NCBI GenBank assembly: GCA_965237525.1
Contig: CBDEFO010000006.1
Span: forward strand, 128,001 to 192,000
Direction of reading: 5' to 3'
Length of the DNA stretch: 64,000 nucleotides
From: Candidatus Latescibacterota bacterium
GTDB taxonomy: Bacteria; Latescibacterota; CBDEFO01
Shown: piece by piece, positions 9,071 through 18,670 of the stretch
Layout: each line of letters opens with the position of its first letter
How positions within the stretch are numbered: position 1 is the first letter of the stretch
The notes under the pieces: model-generated
What the model was told of the DNA's origin: nothing
Databases searched by the model: none
The model's input: the letters and a program-made list of their open reading frames with translations, nothing else
Translations under genes and position numbers: made by a program

Positions 9071-9595
9071 TCAAAACGGAAGGTCATCGTCCTCTTCTTC
9101 CGAAGAAGACGGTTCGGTTGTCTCGCCTGGAGTGGTCTCACGCTGTTCCTGTCTATCAGAACCTTGCTTGTCTTGCTGTGATTGAGGAGTCCCTTCCTCC
9201 TGGGAGGATGGAGCTTGTGCCTCCCTATAATCCTGCTCTCTGTAGCGCTCCGCCTCCTGCCGCGTTTCGAGTATCTCGATGTGTCGAGCTACAATTTCCG
9301 TCTTATACTTCTTGACACCGTCCGGACCTTCCCACGATCTTGTCTGGATCCTGCCCTCGATATAGACCCTGCTGCCTTTAGAAAGATACTCACTGCACAT
9401 TTCTGCTGATCTGCTCCACGCGACAATGCTGTGCCACTCGGTCCTTTCCTGCTTTTCACCACTGCCGTCGGTCCAACCTTCATCTGTGGCTATATTAAAA
9501 TTTGCCACCGGTGTCCCTCCGGTGGTATGTCTCAACTCTGGATCTGCGCCTAAGCGCCCTATAAGTATAGCCTTGTTTACCGTTCCCCGCGCCAT
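9071..9595 (-). CDS. ssb: Single-stranded DNA-binding protein
   Basis: VNKAILIGRLGADPELR, RTEWHSIVAW, KGSRVYIEGRIQTRSW, acidic DDDLPF tail. Confidence 0.97.
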   Translation of the reverse strand: MARGTVNKAILIGRLGADPELRHTTGGTPVANFNIATDEGWTDGSGEKQERTEWHSIVAWSRSAEMCSEYLSKGSRVYIEGRIQTRSWEGPDGVKKYKTEIVARHIEILETRQEAERYREQDYREAQAPSSQEEGTPQSQQDKQGSDRQEQRETTPGETTEPSSSEEEDDDLPF

Positions 9596-9712
9596 CTTTC
9601 TACACTCCTTAAGAATAGTGGACAGCAGTCAGCAGACGCTCTTTCCTCTCCCTGCCTGATGGTTGCTGTCCACCTGTTTTTGGTGCTTAATTCTTATCCT
9701 CGTAACCGCTTA

Positions 9713-9741
9713 AGTTTACCAACTAATTTGCAGAGTGTCAA
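9713..9741 (-). promoter_or_regulatory. Sigma70-like promoter for ssb
   Basis: TTGACA-17 nt-TAAACT on the minus strand. Confidence 0.6.
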
Positions 9742-9854
9742 GGCTTTTTTTCGGGTCGGAAGTAGAGGCTGCAAGCCTCACCGAGATCTGACCTGACGAG
9801 GCAGTGGAACTGCGCTTGCGTGAACCGACAGTCACTCACTTGCACCTTTAGCAC

Positions 9855-9883
9855 TTGACAGAAGAACAAATTTTCATTACATT
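9855..9883 (+). promoter_or_regulatory. Sigma70-like promoter upstream of the replication-initiator-like gene
   Basis: TTGACA-17 nt-TACATT. Confidence 0.6.
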
Positions 9884-9965
9884 ATAGCATTATCACCTGA
9901 ACGTATGCGCAGTAACACGTTTAGCGCAGATCAGCGCCTGCCCTACATAAATAAAGGAATAAAAG

Positions 9966-11111
9966 ATGGCTTTCAAGTCCACATCTTCCATAATGGCAGG
10001 TGACCGCGCAAATGGGCGCAGCAAAAATGGTAGAGGTGAACAGTTCTCCAAGATGCCGATAGAATTAGTCTTATCTGTGGATGGTCTGTCCAACAATGCA
10101 AAGCTTGTGTATGCTGCTATTTTAAAGTGGGACTGGGGTGATAGCTGTTTTGCTGGACACAAAAAGATAGCTGAAGTCCTCAGAAGGTCTGAGAGAACTA
10201 TAGAGAGGGGACTTAAGGAGCTCAAAGACGTTGGACTCGTATCTGTAAAGTATCAAGGCCTGGGTCGAAACGCGGTAATTTCTGTCGTAAAAGGTCAAGA
10301 CAGGTCAGAAGTGACCCCTCAAGAAGTGACAGAACTGTCCCCTCCTTACAATATAACAGACGACTTGGGAATAGACGACTTAGAAACAGACAACATCATG
10401 CACGAGCACCCAGAGGATGACTTAGACTCAGCCTGTGGATGCATCGGTTACGTCAAAGATGATGTTGATGATTCTTCAGGAGGCAACGGACAAACCCACC
10501 TCTGTCTCAAGAAGGCTGTTGATGAATCTGAAAAAAGCAAAAGAGAAATAATCACCCACTTCTACCTGAAAGACAGCCCGGATGATGTATCCAGATCCTT
10601 TATGACTCTTGGCATAGGAACCGTAAATAAGCTTCAGAAGATGGGATACAGCATCCGAGATGTCGAATACGCCGCAAAATGGGCGCTTGACAACTGCGCT
10701 CCAAGACACTTCGGACTGGTGGAACACACGATCGGCATGGCGTTAGAAGAAAGAGAAAGCAAGAATAAACAGGAGCGCAAAAGACAGGAACAAAAATTTC
10801 GAGAGGAGGAACGCGAAAGAGCTCGCGAAGCCAGGCTGAAGGAAGAACAGTTAGAAAGGGAAGGACAAATTGACCAATCCCCACACAAAAAAGAATGGGA
10901 CCACTATAAGGCATTGATCAGAAAGGAAATCAAGCATCAGTCATACCTGACGTGGTTTTCGGGGCTTTACATAGATAAGATATCTGAGGATGAGATCGCC
11001 CTGAATGTCCCCAACTGGTTTATGGCTGAGTTCATCGAAGAAATTTACGACAAATTGCTGCGGAAAGTCTTCGAAAGAGATGTCAAACTACAGGTAGACA
11101 GTGGTCAGTAG
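9966..11111 (+). CDS. Phage/plasmid-type replication initiator: N-terminal wHTH plus C-terminal DnaA domain-I-like region
   Basis: LSNNAKLVYAAIL...CFAGHKKIAEVLRRSERTIERGLKELKDVGLV (HTH_36-like). The C-terminus SYLTWFSGLYI...IALNVPNWFMAEFIEEIY resembles DnaA_N. Confidence 0.75.
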   Translation: MAFKSTSSIMAGDRANGRSKNGRGEQFSKMPIELVLSVDGLSNNAKLVYAAILKWDWGDSCFAGHKKIAEVLRRSERTIERGLKELKDVGLVSVKYQGLGRNAVISVVKGQDRSEVTPQEVTELSPPYNITDDLGIDDLETDNIMHEHPEDDLDSACGCIGYVKDDVDDSSGGNGQTHLCLKKAVDESEKSKREIITHFYLKDSPDDVSRSFMTLGIGTVNKLQKMGYSIRDVEYAAKWALDNCAPRHFGLVEHTIGMALEERESKNKQERKRQEQKFREEERERAREARLKEEQLEREGQIDQSPHKKEWDHYKALIRKEIKHQSYLTWFSGLYIDKISEDEIALNVPNWFMAEFIEEIYDKLLRKVFERDVKLQVDSGQ

Positions 11112-11429
11112 ACAGAAAAAGGCCCGGAAAGACAGCGCGTCTGCCCCCACAGATACGACGTTCTGTGTAGGGGCGAAATCCGCTCGCCCTTTGAGCGCAC
11201 CCACCGTGTTGCCAAGGAGACGGGAGCGCCGTCTCCTATCGCGTCTCCCCCATTGAACCCCCGATAGATTCAATCGGGGGTCGGGGATTACTTCGGGGAA
11301 TTATCCGGCATAATGAGGAAGGAGCAAAGTGAAACACTGGTCTTGCGAGCCTTTAGCCCAGAGCGAAGCGAAGGGTCTGCGAAGCAATCTGGCTGTGTGC
11401 TATCTACTGTTCAAAGAGAGGAGAGTCAA

Positions 11430-11666
11430 ATGCACTTAAAGAGTGATTTTGAGGTGTGCGGGACACAGTATATGGGATGTGTTTCTGATGACGACCAGCA
11501 GGAGTACTGCGTCATCTGGCTTGAGACCCAGGGGATCATATTTCTGCAGGAGGTCATACCGGAGTCTGTGCCTTCTTCGGATGATGATTATCAGGTATCA
11601 GATGAGATGCGCTTTGAAATTGGACAGATTGTGGCCTCAACAAGAGGCAAGGAGGTGGTAGACTAA
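11430..11666 (+). CDS. Small acidic hypothetical protein
   Basis: RBS GAGGAG before ATG 11430; abuts the next gene. The ORF-track extension to 11313 runs through repeats. Confidence 0.55.
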   Translation: MHLKSDFEVCGTQYMGCVSDDDQQEYCVIWLETQGIIFLQEVIPESVPSSDDDYQVSDEMRFEIGQIVASTRGKEVVD

Positions 11667-12149
11667 ATGGATGAGGCAACAGAGCGCCCACACCGCTTAC
11701 TGCGCGCTGATGAAATATGCAAAAGGGCGAAGATCAACTATCAGACTCTGGGAAACTACGTCAGGGCCGGCTTGATCCCTAAAGGGACCGTAAAATATGA
11801 GCAGAAGGGGAGACGCTTTTACTATCCAGAGGAGATCATAGAGACTGTACAGATTATCAAGGAACTGCAGAGTAAAGGCTCGGCTTACAGGAGAAAGGGC
11901 GGCCTGGATGGGATAAGAAAACTGCTTGAAAGTGGAAGGTCCACCGCGGCCCCGGAGGAGAAAGGAGCTCCACGTATCCTGTATCAATTGACAGACTGGT
12001 ATCCAAAGGAGGAATTAGCATTTGCGGCCCATCAGCTTGAGAAAGCCGATATTCCGTACAGATGGGAACAGCAGGACGGTCTTGCGGCCCTGTTCATCTG
12101 TGTGACATGGGATGAAGAAAGTCTAATCCCGGAAAAGGGCGGTACGTAG
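11667..12149 (+). CDS. MerR-like HTH DNA-binding protein
   Basis: EICKRAKINYQTLGNYVRAGLIP...GRRFYY; RBS AAGGAGG. Confidence 0.75.
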   Translation: MDEATERPHRLLRADEICKRAKINYQTLGNYVRAGLIPKGTVKYEQKGRRFYYPEEIIETVQIIKELQSKGSAYRRKGGLDGIRKLLESGRSTAAPEEKGAPRILYQLTDWYPKEELAFAAHQLEKADIPYRWEQQDGLAALFICVTWDEESLIPEKGGT

Positions 12150-12154
12150 TTCGG

Positions 12155-12337
12155 ATGAAAGAACTGCTTACGGTCCAGGAAGCCGCACGCGCTTTGAAGT
12201 GTTCAGAGAGGCACGTGCGGCATCTGATAGCGTCTGGCAGGTTCTCTGCCTACAAGCCGGGGGAAAGGTATCTTATTGCCAGAGAGAATATCTTGGGCTT
12301 TTTGAAAAAGGCAGAATACGATCCGTGGGAAGCCTAA
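12155..12337 (+). CDS. Excisionase-like HTH_17 protein
   Basis: LLTVQEAARALKCSERHVRHLIASGRFSAYKPGERYLI. Confidence 0.85.
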   Translation: MKELLTVQEAARALKCSERHVRHLIASGRFSAYKPGERYLIARENILGFLKKAEYDPWEA

Positions 12338-12482
12338 ATAGATACACAGGTGAGATTGCCTCGGGGTTTCAGCCCTTGCTACGACGTTGGTTGGTTTTGC
12401 CTCAGTCATTGCTATCCCCGACTGAACATATCGAGGATAGCCAAGTGATCTCGTCACCAGGGACGCCGCCACCCCAGCCTAC

Positions 12483-15400
12483 CTACTTTCTACTGTTCAC
12501 TACTCTCGTATTGTATTGATAGATATAGGAAAGGTGCTCTTCGTCGTAAGGGTAGCTTTCAGCCTCAGGATATGGATAACTGCTCATACTGTGAAACGGC
12601 AGCGGCTCTACTGTGAGGGAATAGGGGGAGTTGTTGTCCATATCCTTCCCGAACCCGTCCGCGAAGAAGAAGAAGTCCCGCACGGTGCCATCGTCTAAGG
12701 GTGGAAGATGGGATGCATCGAAGTTAAGCGTGATCTCGTCGCCGTGGAACAATATGACATACTGGTCATCAATCGCCGTCAAAAGGGGAAGGCAATCCCC
12801 ATACCTGGTGTATCGGCCCGTGTGATCCATCCAGGGGGCAGAACCCGTAATCTTTGAATAGTCATAGACCTTGGGCATTCGTCCGTCGGGGGAGTAGTAG
12901 CTGGCGTAGCCCTTCCAGTGGAGATCAGACACTACGGGAGAGAGCCTCGTCACCTTTGTGGGTATCGGATCGTCTATTATATCGAATAGGATCTGATCCC
13001 AGTAGATGGGCATTGAGGTGGTAATCCTTATCTTATAGTCGGTCCCCGACCCCCGACCTATCTCCGACAGACTCAATCGGGGATCCTCTATGATCTCTAC
13101 CACCATCTCCTTCGGCTCTCCTGCCGGATAGCCCATATCCTCAGATATAGTCTTCCACCTTCCGTCTGCTCCCATTATCTCCAGCCGAGGAGGCAGAAGA
13201 ACTATTCCAGCCTGTGCCGCAGCCAGATTGGATGTCGAATGCGAATACTCCGCGTAACCGTACAGGACGAGAATGACCTTGCCAGTAGCTCTACTGCCCA
13301 CTGTTTGCAGTTCGAGGATAATACTGTGCTCTTTTGCGTATCCGTGGAACTGGGGAGGTAAAAGTTCAAAGTTCGAGGGGTATTTCCTGTCTCTGTGCCT
13401 GATGTAGGGGAGGATGTCGTTTCCATCTTGATCGTAAGCCTTGAAGGGCACGCGGGGATCGGAAAGGACGTGGACTTTGAATCCGGGATACGGAGGTGAC
13501 GAGAGAAGCCTCTCGTTGGGATAGACCTCTGTCCCTTGCGGATGGTCAACTGCCAGAAGTTCCACTTTGTCCAGATAGATGACCTCCTCCAAATGATTGG
13601 CAAACTGGATGGAATATTCTCCTCTTTCTACATTCCGTCCCCCGTCCCCTGTCCCCCGTCCACGAGATTGCTTCGCCTGGCTCGCAATGACAGTCGATAG
13701 GGTTCGCGATGACAGTTCGGTTGTCTTTTCCTTTTGGTCATTGCGAGGGGCAAAACCCCAAAGCAATCTCTCCTGTCCACTGTCTGCTCGCCTGGGTTTG
13801 AATATTTCCCCCGGGATCTTGATATACTCGTCCGTGTCGGGGTAGTAGTACTCCCCCGGGGAGATGAGGTACGATATTATGGCTCCTCCAAGGATGTCCG
13901 TTATGTACTGATACTCAGCACCGTTCCAGACGTAGACGATAGGACACGATGTGCCCTTCCTGTCCAATTCCTCTAACAAGAGGAGCGAGTCGGGTGCCGG
14001 ATCCAGTTCGGTTTGTCTGACTCCACCCGGCCAGAGGATCCTTACAAAGTCTATTTTCTTTCTACTCCCGATGCCGAAGTGGACTGTACGACCGTTCCGA
14101 TCCCCTCTGAGTTCAAGCTTTTGCGACAGCTCCCCCGCTTTTATCTCCACCTTTGCGCCTATGCCGTCTTTGTTGCTGTTCAGGCCTTTCAAATGAACTT
14201 TGAGATAGCCGTTTTTCTCCCCACCCTCGTTGCGAAGGAGGAGTGCACCCGCCTTTGTAGTATCTGCATAGGAGACTAATAGGTCTATATCCCCGTCGTT
14301 GTCAAAATCGGCCGATGCTATCTGATAGCTGACCGCGGGCGCTATATTATCAGAGAGGGGGACAGGGTCGGCAAAGCCACAATCGCGGGATGTCTTCCTG
14401 GATCCCCATTGGTTCTTAAAGAGCCGCGCACCCTGCGACGAGAGGGACACTATGTCCAGATCGCCATCGTTGTCCACATCCAGAAGCTTATAAGCCGATC
14501 CAGGTTCCGCGTCTGCAGAAAGCGTGTGTGAGACCGGGTCGAGGACAAAGAGCCTTTTGCTCTCTTGACTGCGCCTATAGAGACTTGCACCCTTTTCTAA
14601 AGTGAAAAGGAGGTCTATGTATCCGTCCTTGTCATAGTCCCCTGCTGATATGCCGAGTATTTTCCTTACTTCGGAAAGTTCTGACTCTTTGGCAACGTCT
14701 GTGAAGGTCCCCCCTCTGTCGTTGCTGTAGAGGTTTACGGATCTATCGTAGGAGGCCACACAAAAGTCCACATCTCTGTCGTTGTCGTAATCCAAGAAGA
14801 CGCAGTCTGTGCTCCACTTTCCTCCCGGCACTTTAGCCTCATCGGTCACATCGGTAAATCTCCCGTTAGCGTTGTTCCTGTAGAGTACATTTTTCCCGTT
14901 TGCATTGACGACGTAGATGTCCAGGTCGCCGTCGTGGTCGTAGTCAGCAAAGACAGGTCCCCGATTAGGTCGTGGGTCGGGGATCAGGGCATCGCTCCCC
15001 TGCAGCCTACGTAAATTGGCGCTTTGTGTGACATCTTCAAATTGTCCGTCTCCGTCATTCTTGTACAGGATAACTGCACCGCTACTGACCACAAGCAGAT
15101 CCTGGTCTTCATCGTTATCGTAGTCCCCGAAGATGCCCTTTGAGATGGACTCGGTGTCCTTCAGTCCGGCCTCTTCTGTCACATCTTCAAATTGCCCGTC
15201 CGCTTTGTTTCTGTAGAGTCTCCCGAAGATGAAGATGTCCAAAGCCCCGTCGTTATCGTAGTCTCCGAATGAGCCTCTAATTCCAGTAGCCAGGACATCC
15301 TCCCCCTTTCTTCTGGGCGAGGTTAGCTCGACCCCACTTTCCTGCCCACTTATATATGTGACATCTGTGAATCTGATCTCTACAGACGAATCCTCTAGCT

Positions 15401-16133
15401 CTTCAGATACTGTCTCTGTCCGACTTACGGCTTCTGCATATCTGCCCTGCTCTAAATATCCCAATCCCACCGAAGTTGCTATCCCCATCTTTCGGAGACC
15501 TGTGAATATCTCCATCTCCCTTTTGAAGTCTTCCGTTTTATTTAAGCGTCTGAATTCCATGGCCAGGTTGTAGTGAGCGGATGAATTGTTGGGATCCAGT
15601 GAAGTTACCTTTTCAAGCTCCTCCACAGCCCTTTCAATCTCTCCAAGCCTTGAAAGGCAAATACCCAGATTGTAGTGCGCAAAAGGATCAAATGGATCGT
15701 GTTTGACAACCTTTTTGAAGTTGCCGGCGGCAGCTTGATAGTCTCCGTGTGCTTTGTAAATAAGGCCGATCACATAGTAGATGTTCGGATGGTCGGGAGA
15801 TAGCAGGAGCGCCTTTTCAAGTTCTAAGAGCGCCTGATCGTACTTGCCCATATTAAACTTTGCTATGCCGAGATTTATCTGCGCATCTGCATATTTGGGG
15901 GCGATAGAGAGGGATTTGGCGAATTCGGAGGCGGCATCGGAGTAGCTGTACTGCTCAAGATATGCGATGCCGAAGTTATTGTGGCGGTAAGCCTCCTCGG
16001 GGAAGCGTTGAACCTGTTGTTCTGTGGATACTTTGGGGGATTCTTGTTCTGCCTTTTTTTCTACGTCACCGCATTTTATGAATCCAAACAGTAAAAGGAA
16101 TGACAATGTGAATAGGATATAGTATCTGTTCAT
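12483..16133 (-). CDS. Secreted/lipoprotein with TPR repeats, FG-GAP (VCBS) repeats and ASPIC/UnbV domain
   Basis: Signal peptide ending ...FIKCG; TPRs (AHYNLG, AQINLG); DYDNDGxLD repeats; SNKDGIGAKVEI...VHFGIG...ILWPGG; SCPIVYVWNG C-terminal domain. Several in-frame repeat-derived inserts. Confidence 0.88.
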   Translation of the reverse strand: MNRYYILFTLSFLLLFGFIKCGDVEKKAEQESPKVSTEQQVQRFPEEAYRHNNFGIAYLEQYSYSDAASEFAKSLSIAPKYADAQINLGIAKFNMGKYDQALLELEKALLLSPDHPNIYYVIGLIYKAHGDYQAAAGNFKKVVKHDPFDPFAHYNLGICLSRLGEIERAVEELEKVTSLDPNNSSAHYNLAMEFRRLNKTEDFKREMEIFTGLRKMGIATSVGLGYLEQGRYAEAVSRTETVSEELEDSSVEIRFTDVTYISGQESGVELTSPRRKGEDVLATGIRGSFGDYDNDGALDIFIFGRLYRNKADGQFEDVTEEAGLKDTESISKGIFGDYDNDEDQDLLVVSSGAVILYKNDGDGQFEDVTQSANLRRLQGSDALIPDPRPNRGPVFADYDHDGDLDIYVVNANGKNVLYRNNANGRFTDVTDEAKVPGGKWSTDCVFLDYDNDRDVDFCVASYDRSVNLYSNDRGGTFTDVAKESELSEVRKILGISAGDYDKDGYIDLLFTLEKGASLYRRSQESKRLFVLDPVSHTLSADAEPGSAYKLLDVDNDGDLDIVSLSSQGARLFKNQWGSRKTSRDCGFADPVPLSDNIAPAVSYQIASADFDNDGDIDLLVSYADTTKAGALLLRNEGGEKNGYLKVHLKGLNSNKDGIGAKVEIKAGELSQKLELRGDRNGRTVHFGIGSRKKIDFVRILWPGGVRQTELDPAPDSLLLLEELDRKGTSCPIVYVWNGAEYQYITDILGGAIISYLISPGEYYYPDTDEYIKIPGEIFKPRRADSGQERLLWGFAPRNDQKEKTTELSSRTLSTVIASQAKQSRGRGTGDGGRNVERGEYSIQFANHLEEVIYLDKVELLAVDHPQGTEVYPNERLLSSPPYPGFKVHVLSDPRVPFKAYDQDGNDILPYIRHRDRKYPSNFELLPPQFHGYAKEHSIILELQTVGSRATGKVILVLYGYAEYSHSTSNLAAAQAGIVLLPPRLEIMGADGRWKTISEDMGYPAGEPKEMVVEIIEDPRLSLSEIGRGSGTDYKIRITTSMPIYWDQILFDIIDDPIPTKVTRLSPVVSDLHWKGYASYYSPDGRMPKVYDYSKITGSAPWMDHTGRYTRYGDCLPLLTAIDDQYVILFHGDEITLNFDASHLPPLDDGTVRDFFFFADGFGKDMDNNSPYSLTVEPLPFHSMSSYPYPEAESYPYDEEHLSYIYQYNTRVVNSRK

Positions 16134-16173
16134 GTATCCTCCCATAAAAAGAAACGTATGTCTATGTATTACC

Positions 16174-16260
16174 TACTTGGACAGGGAAACGAATTGTTTC
16201 CATTCATCCATGGTAACGATCCTATTTGCCTCTATATTCTCAAACCTTTGAGCTGTACCA
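16174..16260 (-). pseudogene. 3' remnant of an ASPIC/UnbV-type gene
   Basis: GTAQRFENIEANRIVTMDEWKQFVSLSK*; nucleotide similarity to 18355-18410. Confidence 0.5.
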
Positions 16261-16295
16261 CTTGACTACATTATTTCATTTTTTTATTAATTAAT

Positions 16296-18296
16296 TCAAA
16301 ATATCTGTGAAAATTTAGAAATTGTCTGATCCTGAGGAAGCTTACCTTCAACCACCAGATCATAAATCTTCTTTGCAATGCTAATTTTAGCAACCCGTTT
16401 GGAAGTTCCTATTGCCTTTTCTTTAAAAAATTCTTTTACCCCACTAAATGAGACCTCTTGAAGATCCTCCTTGCTAATGCTCTCTTTACCTAACCGTTTC
16501 TCAAAAATGTTCCTATAAGCAAGGTTTACAGCTTCGAGATAAAAGTCAATATCTATCAAATCCTCGATCACTAGGTCACAGCCTGTTTCTGCTAATGGAT
16601 CAAGAGTTAATATATTATCCTCATTTATGTTGTCCTTTAGCTTTTCTGCAGCTTTCCTCCCCTTTGAGTCGTGGTCTAAAAGTATGACAAGTTTTAGATT
16701 TTCTTTTACAAGAAATATTGCGAGGTATAATATCTTGTCGGCCCCATTAACGGGAAGAACTGAGACTTCACTTGGGTCAATATAGTTTTCGTTCTTTTCA
16801 GAGCATATTTTAGACATTGCTTCCAGTATAAGCTTATCTGAATAGCCCTCCACTAATATATTTTTCTTCGTAGTAAAGAGAGAATCACCTATAGTCATAC
16901 CTATTGAAGCTCTGATTGGTTGAAGGGCATCATAATCTGATTCGTAGAATTTTTCTTCTATTAATGTACCCTTCTTCTCTTCTTTAGAAACTATCCTAAT
17001 CCTCTCTAATTTCTCTAGGTCGATCATAAAGGGAGAGTGGGTGCTAAAAATAATCTGATTTGACTCTGATATTTCCTCTAATGTTTTAAGAAGATCCTTT
17101 TGTCCTGAAGGATGTAGATAAACCCCAGGGTCATCAAGGAGAATTATTGTGTCTTGCAATTCATGTTTAGAACCAGCAGCAAAATTTATATAAAACCGTA
17201 AAAACCACTGAAATCCTTGACTTCTTATACTAGGTGGATGCTCCTTCTTTGTTACATCGTCAAAGATTGAGATTACTATTTCGTTTTTCATAATATCAAT
17301 GTTTACTTCAACCTTTTCTTGCGTCCAAGCCTTATTTACCAAGCCTGTTACATCTGCTGACGCGGTCCTTAGCTGAGAACTCATATCGTATACCTCGGCA
17401 TCTCTGACACGTTCCAGATCATCCAAACCAGACAACTCGATCAAATTAGAGAGAGTCTTGTGTTTTTCCTTATTAGCGAGAAAGGTTGATACAGGTACGG
17501 TATCTTCTAACTCTTCAATATTTGCGAAATACATAAAATCCGGCAAAATTTCTAATATGTAATCAACTACACTTACACTTTCTTCTTCTTCTAATAAAAT
17601 TTCTTCAATCCTATCCTTATAAGGCTTCATTTCTGCAGAAAATACCTGTATATCATCTTGTATTGGACCATCAAGGTTAGGTAAACTAATCAACCTGCTT
17701 TGGAAATCATCAAAAGCCATTGCTACATCAAGATCAGTTTGTGGGTCAAAGGAGATAACCTCATTAATTATCTCTTCATATTGGTTTTTTGAATTGCTAA
17801 ACGGAGTAAATCGTTCGCAGTGACTGTCTAATTTTTCTTTAAACGAGGCGGTGATACTGCTAATAATAGAAAGGTTCTTCTGTATTTCTTTCTTACTAGA
17901 AATATTCAACTCTTCCAAGCAAATATCTGGGCTTTCGGACCTATATGAGTTATCAAAACACTTGGTAACTTGCAGAGTTTTTATTTTCGTGAGTTGGGGA
18001 CTAATTTCCTTTAATGTGCGTTTATCTTGAGATTCTATTTCAAACCAAATTGTTACAATTTCTATATCTTCTTTTTCTATTGCATCTGAGTCTAGCTTTT
18101 TCTTTACTTCTGAATGAAGACACAAGTCATCTTTTACATATTCGTAGTCACTTTTAAAAGACTCCAGAGCTTTGAGAATACATGTTTTGCCAGCTTCATT
18201 TTTCCCAATAAGTGTAGTTATCTTTGAATCTAAGGTTACTTCACCAGAATCTAAAATCGACTTGTACTCTTTGATGCGAAATTTCTTGATTCTCAA
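16296..18296 (-). CDS. OLD-family ATP-dependent nuclease (AAA_15 ATPase + TOPRIM), AT-rich
   Basis: GKNEAGKT Walker A, RSQGFQWF signature, LLDDPGVYLHP, STHSP, LVEGYSD, LLDHD. The last codons may be frameshifted (IFELINKKMK* if one T is removed). Confidence 0.85.
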   Translation of the reverse strand: MRIKKFRIKEYKSILDSGEVTLDSKITTLIGKNEAGKTCILKALESFKSDYEYVKDDLCLHSEVKKKLDSDAIEKEDIEIVTIWFEIESQDKRTLKEISPQLTKIKTLQVTKCFDNSYRSESPDICLEELNISSKKEIQKNLSIISSITASFKEKLDSHCERFTPFSNSKNQYEEIINEVISFDPQTDLDVAMAFDDFQSRLISLPNLDGPIQDDIQVFSAEMKPYKDRIEEILLEEEESVSVVDYILEILPDFMYFANIEELEDTVPVSTFLANKEKHKTLSNLIELSGLDDLERVRDAEVYDMSSQLRTASADVTGLVNKAWTQEKVEVNIDIMKNEIVISIFDDVTKKEHPPSIRSQGFQWFLRFYINFAAGSKHELQDTIILLDDPGVYLHPSGQKDLLKTLEEISESNQIIFSTHSPFMIDLEKLERIRIVSKEEKKGTLIEEKFYESDYDALQPIRASIGMTIGDSLFTTKKNILVEGYSDKLILEAMSKICSEKNENYIDPSEVSVLPVNGADKILYLAIFLVKENLKLVILLDHDSKGRKAAEKLKDNINEDNILTLDPLAETGCDLVIEDLIDIDFYLEAVNLAYRNIFEKRLGKESISKEDLQEVSFSGVKEFFKEKAIGTSKRVAKISIAKKIYDLVVEGKLPQDQTISKFSQIF

Positions 18297-18309
18297 TTCA
18301 TTTCTCCTT

Positions 18310-18526
18310 TAATCAGTTTGTCCTGAAAGCCTGTAGAGCTCTATCCTTTTCGATTCGTCTATCGTAACGATTCTATTTGCCTTTATGTTCTCAAACCTTT
18401 GACCCGTGCCGCTGCTTCGATACGCCGCCTTGCTGTGGACGCTGAGTCTCTTTCTCCACCTCACCGCAGCAAGAAGCCAAACGATAAAAGGAATGACAAT
18501 GTTAATAGGATAGAGTATATGTTCAT
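18310..18526 (-). pseudogene. Internally deleted ASPIC/UnbV lipoprotein gene (signal peptide joined to C-terminus)
   Basis: MNIYSILLTLSFLLSFGF is a near copy of the 16133 gene start, followed by SGTGQRFENIKANRIVTIDE. Confidence 0.6.
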
Positions 18527-18670
18527 GTCTTCTCGAAAGTAGGTAGTAGACAGATGGTAGGGATATTTCCTCTCATCCCTGTCTACTAACACCGGCAGGA
18601 TGCCGGACATAGGCCGGCTCAAATGCAGCGTCTGTTCAGGCGGAGCCTACTGTGAACCCAGTTGGCTGGA

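Noticed and set aside
9788..9830. Hammerhead ribozyme (CTGACGAG followed by a hairpin)
   Set aside because: The required GAAA after stem II and the stem I/III pairings are not present.
9847..9875. CIRCE operator (TTAGCACT)
   Set aside because: Only a partial left arm; there is no GAGTGCTAA arm 9 nt downstream.
9966..11111. Chromosomal dnaA / oriC
   Set aside because: No AAA+ domain or domain IV, and no DnaA-box cluster recognised.
9966..12337. Intact prophage or ICE
   Set aside because: No integrase, structural, packaging or conjugation genes and no clear att repeats.
3878..18296. Complete Gabija or retron system around the OLD-like genes
   Set aside because: No adjacent UvrD-like helicase (GajB) or reverse transcriptase.
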